A stretch of DNA of 58,987 nt, filler included, from Platydemus manokwari (Eukaryota): the NCBI GenBank assembly GCA_037951405.1. It is 4 parts of 4 records of this genome, joined end to end, with 100 filler letters (N's around TTAATTAATTAA, not from the genome) between each part and the next. Parts side by side here need not be neighbours in the genome. Positions count along the whole stretch, not along the records: positions 28,215 to 40,617 come from JBBMOY010154454.1; positions 40,718 to 58,987 come from JBBMOY010488886.1; 2 more parts are not named here. One strand, given 5' to 3'. Made by a program: the position numbers and the translations under genes. Within the stretch, counting starts at the first letter, position 1. Each line of letters begins with the position of its first letter. This document shows positions 38,380 through 50,600 of the stretch, in pieces. The notes beneath the pieces were generated by a model. The model saw only the letters and a program-made list of their open reading frames with translations, searched no databases and had not been told where the DNA came from.

Positions 38380-39950
38380 ATGTGGCGATGCATCTGTGGA
38401 AAGTGTTGACATAGGGTCTCAATGATTCCTATAGTCGTTATTTCACGGGAATCGTCTATATTCGACAATATGAATAGTTCATTGAAAATTCTTAACCAGA
38501 AATTATTCTAAGTAAATCTGATTACTCCCCGATTTTCTGAATAATTACAAGATGTTCGCAATTTGAGAATACATTGTTTAAATGACCAGTTTCATTTAAA
38601 TCTAAGCAATTTTTACTTCGAAGCCATTCCAGTTGCAATCTTCCTCGACGATAATTAGTTACATTATCGCCAGGAATAGAGTTAAAAAGTGGAAAAATTG
38701 AAGCTCTAATTATGGAAAATCTAAAAGATATATTTTGACTAAATAATAGATTGGATAATGATAAAATAATTCACTTTGATAATCGAAACCCATACAATGT
38801 GCTTGATCTTGACAAAATTCTGTAAACGTAAAACAACACGAATTCCCAAGCCATAGAACTGAACGAAGGTGATCTCGATATATTATCTACCAATCATCTG
38901 AACCAGCATGCATGTAACGTAAATACAACCAATATTAGAATACAAACTAGAGAGAGGCACTTCAAAATGACTAACTCAGGTGCTCAAACTGAGATGACTT
39001 CCATAATTCTGGACAGTTCAACAATGAACTCCGGTTACTCTTCACTGAAAGAACCATTAAAATAATATGGCAACATTTTCTTTATCACCATGGAGGATCG
39101 ATAATACTAATATATTGGATAGGTTTTATGGTCCTTCCACATCATATAATCGGTCGTCATCATGCGCGTCATTGAAAAATTCGAATTAGAAAAAACGATG
39201 ACAAGTAGCATAGCAGTAGAATATTGAAGAAGGAAAATTCAAAAAGCTTTGCAAAATAAGAAAAATACCGAGCCTAGTGAATGAGGAAACCCTATTATCG
39301 AAAACTCAAAAAAGCCTTCTAAGTGAAGAAAAAATATTAAGGTTAGGGATCAAAACAAACCCTAGCTTCAAAGTCAAAAGACTTCAATACGAAACGATTC
39401 TTTTCAGCTATTCTTGGCTCACAGTTGTTAGACCTCTTTGTCTTCCACTAAGAACTACACGAAATCTATCTTTTGATGGAATTCAGTTGAGGACTGGGCT
39501 TTAGTTGAAATTTCAATTCCTGATGTTCCAGTACTCAAAAACAAAGAAATTATCTTTTGCCCACTTCTGATGAAATCCAAACGATAGATTCTAATGATTA
39601 TATTTGTAACAAAACGCTTAGTCCAATTTCTGGATCTTTTGGTGATTATATGAATGATGATAAAGTACTATAGCTTCTATCTATTTGAATTTAAATAATG
39701 CAACTTATGAAAATTCGGATGAAAAAACTGGAAAAATGAACTTTACTTTAATAGCATCAGCTGAGGGCCTTTGATATATTTCTGTACGTCAAAATGACCT
39801 TCTGCCATAGAAATTACAATATTATGTATACTAGAATACTACAGTTTGATGTGGTGATAAGAAAATATCTGAAAACAATCCTTGACTTATCGAAATATTG
39901 CTTATCAAATTAGTTTCACTCAACCAAATCAGATGGCTGTTGTTCGACTA
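38380..39950 (+). mobile_element. Possible heavily decayed Gypsy pol (protease/RT/RNase H traces)
   Basis: Fragments VDIGSQ (DTG-like, ~38405), TFSLSPWR..YGPSTSYNR (RT TTFITPWGRY-like, ~39075-39155) and NQIRWLL (~39920) fall in the expected order. Confidence 0.35.
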
Positions 39951-40318
39951 CGGGAAATAACGGAGGAGTGTACAATATAACTGTTGGGATCCCCGCCCAC
40001 ACTTCAATAGAATAATACAAATACAATCAATAGGATAATGTATATAGCACACAATAACATATACCCAATGAAATAATGCATATAGCCTATAGAATAATGA
40101 TAGAATATTGTATAAAAAACATACAGCATGCAAAACAAACAAGCCTTTGACTATGGAAGTTGAGACCCCAAATCAAATCCGAATTCAGTTAATTGATTTC
40201 TGACCCGTCACAATTCCAACCAAATCCAAAGCCAAATTCAGAATATAACTGATCAATTTTTGATACAATAACTAACTACTGAAAAAATTGATTCTTGACT
40301 TGTGAATTTATGGTGATA

Positions 40319-40416
40319 ACTTATTATAATTATTATTATGTTATTTACGGTGTTGACTTATTATAATTATTATTATGTTATTTACGGTTTTGACTTATTA
40401 TAATTATTATTATGTT
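40319..40416. repeat. Minisatellite, 37-bp unit x2.6
   Basis: ACTTATTATAATTATTATTATGTTATTTACGGTKTTG at 40319 and 40356, partial at 40393. Confidence 0.9.
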
Positions 40417-40617
40417 TTATTTGTTAATTTGGCTAATGTAGTGAAGCGGAGAGAGTGCGAGTGAAAGGAGAGTAACGGCAATAAACATAGAATAAAATAA
40501 TTAAAAAAACCAATTATCAAAATTATAATTATAATAAAATAATAAGAATAAAATAATAGGAACAAATAGTTAAGATTATAATTATAATAAAACAATAAGA
40601 ATAAAAATAATAAGCAT

Positions 40618-40717
40618 NNNNNNNNNNNNNNNNNNNNNNNNNNNNNNNNNNNNNNNNNNNNTTAATTAATTAANNNNNNNNNNNNNNNNNNNNNNNNNNN
40701 NNNNNNNNNNNNNNNNN
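40618..40717. other. Assembly spacer (N44-TTAATTAATTAA-N44)
   Basis: Same artificial 100-bp structure. Confidence 0.97.
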
Positions 40718-40947
40718 TATATTTTTCCCCAAAAAATAAATCATAAATAATTCGTAATTCACAATCAAAATAGTTACAAAAATTCTCAAAATATCGAAAT
40801 CAAGATAATTACAGAAATTCATAATTCATATTAAAATATCAATATCAGATCAAATATCAATAAAATATCAGGTCCAGATTGTGATCAAATCCAGATTAGA
40901 ATTTCAATATCAAGTCAAAAATAGGGTATAATTCATTATTGGATTGA

Positions 40948-41290
40948 TTACTGGATGGTCTGGTTTTGAAGTCGCAGTTCCGCCGAATCCTTGCTGACAT
41001 CAAGCGTCCAAATCCATGCTCCAGCTTTCGGTAGCCCATGTTTCCCATTTTGGCCTGGTTTTATGGGTTTTATCACTATTGTCTCGGGTTTCTTAACTTT
41101 TGGTGTACCGGTCCTTTGGGGTGTTCTTGGTTTTTTGAACACATGACTGCTCGTTGATTGTTGTGGTGATAATTGTGGTTTCTGGGACAGCTGCTGTTGC
41201 TGCCTCCATTCATTGTAGGACTTAATGGTATATGGGATTTTTTCGTCTTCGCTCTCTTTACTATCTGAATAGAGCACTAGACGTTCCATG
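40948..41290 (-). other. Short ORF (MERLVLYSDSKESEDE.., ~114 aa, K/P/Q-rich), probably part of a repeat element
   Basis: Locally elevated GC and an open frame; lies directly downstream of a segment homologous to 4365-4674. Confidence 0.35.
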
Positions 41291-41304
41291 TTATCCCAAC
41301 ATAC

Positions 41305-41612
41305 GCATTTTGCCAAATTAGTTTTTGTTCTCTTCTATTGTTTGCTTAATTTCGTTTTCTAAATAAATTGTTTTACTAACTATAGTGTTATCATATTTAG
41401 TAAATAGGGTTATTAATAATATTCTAAATTATAGATTACCTAGTGTCAACGGGATATTGCAAGTCCTTGTTGCCACAGCTAATTATATTTTTCGGGTTAT
41501 GGTTTTTAACCTTTCTTTCAGTCTGGTTCTCGATAGCTCCGTCCTCAAAGGAGCTATTGAAGCTTTCAATAGGACCAGTTAAAATCATTAACCTAACCAA
41601 CAACTGCATGAA
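41305..41612 (-). repeat. Dispersed repeat, copy B (homolog of 4365-4674)
   Basis: The reverse complement aligns colinearly with 4365-4674 by eye. Confidence 0.8.
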
Positions 41613-44600
41613 TAAAATAGTAATATGATAAAATCGATAACAGAAAAAATCGATAAGCAGAGAAAATTCGTCTACAAAAAGAAAAAGGAATTGATCTTTA
41701 AAAAGCTAAAAGATAACTGCAAGGCATTTAAGCGCTTAATATACCCACATTGATTGTTGAATTATATTTTCAAATCGATCATTTGCGTTAGAGTAATTAA
41801 TAATCAATATCTTCCTAATCTTTTTGAAAATTATGAATAGTAATAAAAAATTGAGAAGAAACACATTTTTAGGAAAGAATTATTTTGCAACCTAAACCGT
41901 TGTTGAATATTTGTATTAAATTTATGTGATAGGAAGGATTTTTGAAAATCTTTAACTTATCTGGACTCCAACAGATAAGGTTGTTGCTGCAGATAAATCG
42001 TCGGGTGATCATAATGAAATATATAAATACTAAATATAAAATAAGACAATGCAGAGCAAAAACATATATTTTATTAATTAAAATAAAATTTACAAATCTC
42101 GAAGATGCTATTTAGTTCGGAATCCTCAAGATGAAAGTTATTTGGCGTTTCGCACAAGCATCTGACAAAAAAATAGGGAACCAGCTATAAATTTCTTATT
42201 TATATTTTAAAATACTACAAGCCTAGTATAACAATAAAAAATTTACTCACTGCCTCGAAAATAAAATAGAATAATTGAAACGCTTCTTCAACATTAATAG
42301 AATAAATTAATAGCAATAATTTAATATTTTCCCTGAACAATTATTGTACTTAAAAAGTCGTTGATTATTAATGTGCTTATAAAATTCTGTCATGTGTGTG
42401 TGGTTTATGAGCTATGTCACTACTTTTAGTAACATTCTATGCCTAGTAGCATGTGTGACTATTTTTGATGAATGTTAGGCATGAGTAACTTTGTTGTTAT
42501 TCTAATTTTAGATATGACGTGACTTTAATTTTTAGGTTTTTATTGAATTCTCCTTATGACCTTGGTCGATTAAACAACTTTAATTTTGATGAAATAAAAC
42601 AAATTTTAAAAATTTTATCGACATTTTTTATTAAAAACTTAATTTTGTTTCTATTTGATTTTTCAAAAATTTGTACTTGCTTTTTATTAATATTTGTTGT
42701 TTAATGACTGGCATATGGTTCAGATGGTTCCCCCCACAGTTATTTAAAAATTTTTCCTATATGTATTCTTTTAATCGGTTGGACTCAGTCCAATTATTTT
42801 TTAAAAAAATGTAATGACAGCAAAAAATCATAAAAAGCTAAGGCTGGTTGCTTGCATTAATAAGCTCAACCATTGATAATCATGTTAGCAAATAATGTTC
42901 TTATGGCGCTAGCACAAGAGACTTAATTCGATTTGTCATAAAAATAGAAACTAATCATTATATTAATTCCATCTGGTTATTCTCTCATAATAAAAAATTG
43001 TATTAGAATTAGTATCAAGTGTATCTATTCTTATTTTATTGTTCATTCATTGTAATTAGATTTATAAATAAAACCACAAAATTTCCAGCTGTTCTGATCT
43101 ATCAAACATTTGATAATAGAACCTGAAAGTATGTTCGATTTGTAATTGGTAATAAACTGTTCAAATATTTAATTTTTTTAAAACGAGGTAAAGTGATTTC
43201 GTTGTTAATTTTTATGCCATATTCTTAATAGACAATTAGCTTTTATAGTTGCCCTGCTTTTGTTATGGGAATCTTTGTGAACTTCGGAAAATCTATTGAT
43301 TTTCTTGACTTATTTGTCTTTGTTGTTTTTATTGAAAGAAAATCCAGTCTTAGTTTTCGAACAAGGACTTGAGCCGATGAGCTAAAGTTGAATTCGTTTC
43401 TCGTTTTATCTTGAAACGAGGTGGAATAAAACTCAATTTTAAATGATAACTCGTGGTTAACATAACCCAATTTAGAATTCGCAAAAATTATCAAAAACGA
43501 TTTTTGATTGTCGTACAACATTTTTATTTATTATATATAGTTATGCTTTTGTGGTTTTATTTTTACGATCGATTTATGTATCTAAAAACGTCAATAAATA
43601 TGTGGAGATTATTAATTTTCACATACTAAAGTTTATTATTATTTTTATCTTTTGGCTAGAAAATGCTGATTAAAATCGGACTCCAATAATTGCAATGCTT
43701 TTATAGAGATTATCAAACTTCAAATATAAATAAATAAAATTAGTTTTCTAATTTTATGTTCCTTCTAATTTTATTATAATAATATTAATTATTATTTTTT
43801 TAATTTTAACTTTGGCACCTTTTCGCAATGTCCATAAATAATTAATTCCCTGGGTTTTGTTGACCTATCGCAGTAAATAAATTTAATGGTTTTTGTCTGT
43901 TCGCTTCGATCGCTTTTAATGCTCCTATGAAAACGAGTAGAACGGCAGTAGACAATGAGTTGAATATGTTTCGATATTTTAATTATATAAACATACTTTC
44001 TAAGTTATTTTTTACTTCTCCTATTGTAATAGAACAAATTTTTTATGGTAACTTAATGATTATTTAATTCGATTTTATAAATTTACACTCTACTTTACCC
44101 TTATAAAAAGTGATTAAAGGATGAGAATGACATTAATTATAAACAATAAATAAAACTTGACTCCATTTGTCAGTGTATTGATCAATACACGAATTACATA
44201 ATCTCAGCCCAAACATGGCTTTCAACTGGCAGTTGTCCATCTTCACACCGATTTTTATATTCGTGATCTGTGTATTTTTTGTGTCATGTTGCATTATATT
44301 TTGATTTCATATTTGTTTTTCTGTGTTCTTATTGGGTTTTTAAGTTTTTACATGAGTGAAGCTATGCCCCTTTTTCCAATTGTAGTTCATCATCTAACTT
44401 CACTATGATTGGCCGATTGCTATGCCTATATGGCTGTGTAGGCATGGGAATGTTTAAAGTGCCAAAACAAGAGTTCCAATGTGCAATTGTCTTTTTATTT
44501 TAGCAGAATTGCATCTCACTCAACAATATGAAATGATTCCTTATTTCACTCTCCAATTGAATCGACAACACAATAATTTTGTTTAAAACTTTTATTATTT

Positions 44601-44779
44601 CAATACAAAATACACTACAATATAAAAAATTACAATTTGGTGAATAGGCTACGATATACAATCAAACACGTGGTAACTTTGATCTACAATTCCATAAGAG
44701 TATCTTTCTTAAATCTACTGAGCAATGGAAAACTATTACCTCGAGTAATTTGAGCATTACTCAGGAGAATATACGACAG

Positions 44780-46400
44780 TATAGATAATTTAATATTGAT
44801 TTTAAAACCAGTACTATCACTGGACATATAAAATCTTTTGAGTCCAGAATTTACATTTGAAGTGAAATCTTTTGAAGTAATGGCTTTTCGAATATAAAAT
44901 GGTCCTGTGTAGTAGTTTAAATGTTATTGGCGATATTTAATGTTACTCTGTGGTATATATACAAATTTATTCATACTGAATTTAGGGATTGAATTGTTTT
45001 CAGTTACCAAGCGAGATTACTACAAATTTATTCATGGGGGGAATGGAATAAAATGTCAAAAGGAAATTAATGATTTTATCTTTATGTGAGATTAATCACT
45101 TGGTATTTTCATTTTTATCGATAAAAATAATAAGTGGTTTCATTTTATGAATTTCCCATTATGATATCCTTTGGAACATCTTTGTAATCACTTTCAGAGT
45201 GGAGGCTAACATTCCATTTAAAAGCGATTTTGATATTAAAGAATGTCTTTGAATCATGTAGAGTAGCGTTGATTGAAATTTTAAATCTTGGAAGGAGTTC
45301 AGACGAGTTTCGTTTACTGCATGCGCCCTTTTACCACGTAACTATCATGCCCTTAACTGCACGAATGACTGGTTTGGTCTATCTGTTTTAATGGTGACTA
45401 AAATCGAATTGAGTACATTCTTTCATAATGAATTGGCTTTTAAACAGCTAACCTATATCTGTCAAAATGTTTTTTGGTTTCCTGAAAGGATAAATCTGAG
45501 AATTAAAGATTGCCTCAAAAATGTTCTTTTCATTTTATATTCCCAATGTAGTTAAACTTACAAGCTTACCTGTCTATGTTAACAATAAAGTATCTTTTGT
45601 TATTTTAAACTTTGTCCTTTCAGGCACTAAACACAACGGTTGGCTCCATTAATTCTGAACTATGTCGCGGCATTTGACTTCTTTTGTTATTCTTTTATCA
45701 ATCTTCCTTTCTACACAACACACACATTTTTACTAAATGTTCTAAGTTGTTACGTGCAATAAAAAAATTTTTGTACATTCGAGAATTTCTTCTTGCCTCC
45801 TCAGTGAGATAGACTTGACAAATGGCCGGCAAAGTTCCTAAGGATAATCTCTATAGTTTTACTCTTTTTCTATTACTAGCATATCATCTGTTACTTTCAT
45901 ATAACTTGTAAGAGCTTCGTGATATGACTTATAAAATCTGTGCTATATTCTGATTTCCCGAAAAGAATTTTAATTTTTTTACATTTCACTGTCTTTCATT
46001 TGCTTTTCATGAATTTTTAAGGTGATATCTGTTTTACTCTGGATTTGTACTAAGTTTCTCATTTTTGCTTTCTCAGTTTTAGCAAAATGGTGTTTACTCT
46101 GGCATTGAGAACGCCAAGCTTAGCTAATTCAATACAATATCTACGTGTTACTGTGTCCCTCACCTTTCCGATATCATAGTTCAAAGTCATATTCCAATAG
46201 ATAGCTCATCAATATTTGAAACTAAGAATTATTTTTGTTGAATTTAAGGCTTTATGATCTGTACTTATAAACAAATTTCATCCAATACAGATCTGGTCTG
46301 AAATGCATCAGGAATTTGTGAATAGCCAAAAGCTATTTCCTACTTACTAGCTGCGATTTATAAGTGATCACTACTTTCAATTGGTCTTGCACAATCTGAC
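44780..46400 (-). mobile_element. Decayed Gypsy integrase-containing remnant
   Basis: Minus strand gives LVKMCVLCRK (CxxC of the integrase zinc finger, ~45710-45740), TDIG..FKSQF (core, ~45430-45465) and YYTGPFYI (GPF/Y motif, ~44890-44915) in the correct order. Confidence 0.55.
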
Positions 46401-47651
46401 TTAACTCTCCACGATTTTGTCAATTTTCTGCTCTAGATAGATTGATTGTCTACTCGGATTTTGAAATATTGGACTGCCAGTCGTTTCGAAATTTTCGACA
46501 TTTTTAATATAAACATAATGAGCTTCTCCTTTTCTAAATATTATAATGTAATGTTTTGGTCATATTTCTCTTAAATTCTTGTTCACTTCCATATCCATGC
46601 TTTATACCATAAGATTTATTTTATAATTATTATTATTTTTCAAAGTTTTTTATTTCATTAATGGAAGTTGAAAAATATAATTATATTGAAATTATAATTA
46701 TATTTGACATAACAGCCCAGCATATTTGTACGATATCCTTTCTATGAATTGGAAAAAAGTGTGCGATGTATTTCTAATAAAGTTATCATTTTTATATGAT
46801 ATCTTCTAAACACCATTACTAGAATTTACTTTTTTTCAAAATATGCTCAACAATCGCTTTTCGGTGATCTGGTAATGATAATTAATAATCCTTAATGATA
46901 GTAATAGAAATGGTTTTGATAAGAAGTAATAACACAAGTACTAGTAATCATAATATCAAGATTATTGATATTTATTGATTTATTTTAATTTGTTAGTAAT
47001 GATGTTAATAATGATAATTGTAAGCAATTATTGTTTTAAAAATTATGCATTGAAAATGAACTTGAAAAGTCAAGACACGTGATTATATGTACTGAAATAT
47101 TTTTTAACAAATTGATGTATGAAATCGGTTTCAAAAATCTGGTAAATTCAATTTTTAAAATTCATCATCACTGTTTTGAAATACTCAGTAATAATTGTTG
47201 ATATCAACAGCGATATAAATAAAAATAATATTACATATAATCGATATAATTAATAATAATCGATTATGCCCAAATAATAATAATGATAGCAATTAGTAAT
47301 TATAATTTGTATATTATCATGAATTTGCATTTTACTTGTGCCCTTCAACTGTGGATATATTTTGAACTTGAATTCGATTTTATTTTAAACTGAATTTAAT
47401 TTAATGTAATTCTGCTTTGCATTTTGCGACTTACATTTCTTTTGCATTGGCCTAATTGCTATCTATGATTAGAATAACTAAGTACCAATCAAACACCTTG
47501 ATCTAATTAGATCTCGGTAATTTAGTGTGATCCAATATCTTTTATATTCCGCATATTCTTATAATATGTCAAATCTCGAAATAACTGTCTTCCATTCTTC
47601 TTTTCGTCAGTAAAACAGAATTCCGAATGCAGAATTTGGTAGAGATACATA

Positions 47652-48595
47652 CCGTAGATTACGTGTATTAAGGCCTACCTTTTTGCAAAAAAATTCACTC
47701 TAAAATCCATGGGGTCTTAATAGGTCTTAATAGCAACTTAGTTTTCTGGATCAATTATTTATGCATGTGATTAGCTAGTTTTCTGCCGTTATTCCGCTGC
47801 TTTATGATGCTACGCAACAAATTGATATTTCAGCTAATAAATTTGTGTGCAATCTTTTGATTCCCCTAAAATGACTGAAAGGCTAAATTCCTATACTACA
47901 AGATACAAGCTAAAAGTGGTTGAATTGGCCGAAATCAATGGAAATGGAGTTGTAGAACGTGATGGACCAGCAAAGGCATGAACTTGTGGTTTGATAAGGT
48001 ATGGTCTAGACTTCCTGGGGGCCTGTTGAAGAAGAAACCCCTTTTGATTTTATATCAGTTTAGAGGGCATTTGACGGAAAAAGTAAAACAAAAGGCTAAA
48101 GAACTGAGAACCAAGTTAGCAGTCTTTACAGGTGATCTCACAAGCCAATTTCAACCTCTTGATGTTAGTATCAATTTAACTTTTAAGGCAAACATGAAGG
48201 AGTAGTGGACCAAATGGATGAGTGAATCCAATTCAAACTTAACTCTATCAGGACTGTTGAAGAAGCCAACAATCTCACAAGTCTGCCAATGGGTGAAAAC
48301 TTCATGGATGCTATCAAGAAAAATTCTATCATCAAATTATTTAAGAAAACAGGTATTAGTAATGCCTTGGGTGGCTCTGAGGATGATGCTATTTTGCCCA
48401 AAGTCATTCCTCAGACACAGATGATGAGGAAATTGAAGAATTAGCTACAAAACTGGTTGATCGACACGTGGGAACAGAAGATATGTTTGAGAGTGAAGAA
48501 GAATTTCATGGTTTTTATGACGAATAAAGTAATTTAGGTTTTTGTAAAAATTTTAATCTAAAAATGAAGGGGGTCTTAATACACGTAATTTACGG
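47652..48595 (+). mobile_element. pogo-superfamily (POGK-like) DNA transposon, 944-bp internal-deletion derivative with TIRs and TA target-site duplication
   Basis: 24-bp TIRs CCGTAGATTACGTGTATTAAGGCC (47652-47675) and CCGTAAATTACGTGTATTAAGACC (reverse complement of 48572-48595), 2 mismatches, TA on both flanks. Brinker-like N-terminus MTERLNSYTTRYKLKVVELAE (from 47871) is joined to the DDE_1 C-half LILYQFRGHLT..TSQFQPLDVSIN..FKKTGISNALGGSEDD, with a stop and frameshift. Confidence 0.92.
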
Positions 48596-48929
48596 TAATG
48601 GCATAAAATGAAATAATATATCATTCCAAATATAGAGTTTACAATCGTACTTGCGCTCATTCAGCTTGAAGCAATATCCAAATAATGTCGACAAATATGA
48701 TAAGTGACAGATAATTAGATTTCGACTTAATAGACAATAGCACATAGATTAATAAGAAATAAATAATTTATATCGAATTGTGTTCCACTATAGTATTAAT
48801 GACTAGAATATACATTTACATATACATTATCTTTGATTTCTATGCATAAGAATTAAACAAAAGAATATGTACATCCCTGATACTTTGAGCTTAGAACTTA
48901 GAACTCTGAGAGTAATGCACCAGCAGGGC

Positions 48930-50600
48930 CGATCTAGTTTCCACAATTTAAACGAATCTCAATCCTGAAGATTGATACTGTAAGATAATAATAATTCTCA
49001 CCTACGCAATTAAGTGGGTTTTCCATGACTCCGAAATTAGATGCGTAGTTTGAAACATCGGTTGAAGTTGTTAATTCTTCTTCAAAATTGCAATCTTTCT
49101 ATTCTGCCACACGTCTTTAAATGCCGAAAAATCTTTATTTCTTAATATAATCTTATAACTCTTAAATTCTTTAAGATTATTTTAACTGCTGATTTCTAAC
49201 ATTATAGAAATGCCAGAATACTCTTTGGCATTTTGAAATTTCTCATTATAAATTAAAACATCACATGACTCGTTCAGAGTAACCTGATTTTGCTCTACTT
49301 TGATTTAACTTATCAAATAAAAATATTCGTGATTATATGATTCGCCATTATTCGCTACGTATTTTGGCACGGTTCCAAAACAATTACACTGCCACTTTTG
49401 AAATGGATATTTTTCAGAGAAATTCCAAATTCTTTCACACTGAACTCAATTTTTATTGCGCTTTAGACTAAATCATCATAATATCGAAATTCTACTGTCG
49501 ATCAATCTCCTCGTATAACAATTGAAATTCCTGATAAAAACTGATCCATTAAAATACTTTTAATAGGTTTAGTATTATGTGAATTTTCACTGATACCTTT
49601 CTTGTCGAGGAATATAAATTAATTCTAAATTCACACACCTATTCAACAGCTCTTTGAATTTTTTGATAAAAACTTGTGCAAAGGGTTCGTCCTACCTCGT
49701 CTATTTGCAGTTTTGAAAAGATAGTATTTTTGAAATCATCCAAACAATTAATGTTTTTGCTTCCAATTTGCAATACAAAGGTAGTCTTTATATGATCTTC
49801 TTTCAGTAATCATACGTAAAATCAATAAATTTTAAAGGATTACCGTCATGTTGATTCAATGGTAGTTTATCATCCCCATAAATATCGAAGATTTTATTTT
49901 CTGTTTCACTACTTGAGCTAATGTCTGCTTTAGTACAACAGACTTCTTTAGTCTTCCTTGGCGAAAGATTTCCCTTCTCCAGATTTCTCCAGTGAAAACT
50001 AACCATACAATAATTAGGTATACATTTTTCAATATAAGGAACCAGAAACCTTACTAGATCCCTAATTTTAAATATATTCATATTATCTCCGATTTTCTCC
50101 AATTTTTCAACAATCATCCTCTGATAATGCTGCTGACAATTGAAATAAGATATCGTCAGGTGTTTCTATTCTTCCAAAGCATCTATTTTCAATTTCTAAT
50201 ATAATATCCAAATAATCGACATCATTCAACAACTGATTTAAATACGTACATGGAACATTGTCTCCTGGAATTTGACGTCTAATATCAATAACTTTCAAAA
50301 ATACGTTCAGTCTCACTTTAATTCATTTTCCTCGAATATTTGTAACACGAATACCAAAAACTTTTCCATTACTTTTCTTATCGCATTCGAAATAGTCATA
50401 ATATAAATAATCCTAACATGGCGGCTGTACTTCTGCACAAAATTTGCTTTTCACACTTTTCAAATTCGAAATTTTAATCTTCTGGTTCACGATACTCCAA
50501 AATTGAAGTGTATTTTCTTCAAAAGAGGTCATACAAGTACCCAATTAATTTTTCCTGTATTTTAGTTTTTAGACTTTTTCTTTGAACCTTTTTGATTTAT
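48930..50600 (-). pseudogene. Disrupted intronless ORF of unknown family (~550 codons)
   Basis: Track ORFs 50107-50316 and 49803-50117 overlap as a frameshift. The frame extends upstream through single stops (GTCMTSFEENTLQFWSIV..CAEVQPPC*DYLYYDYFECDKKSNGKVFGIRV..*IKVRLNVF) and downstream (..KNIHFKSGSVIVFGTVPKY..). Confidence 0.5.

Noticed and set aside
50130-50370. Death-effector domain in the decayed ORF
   Set aside because: Needs an assumed frameshift; only LDIILEIENR is suggestive.
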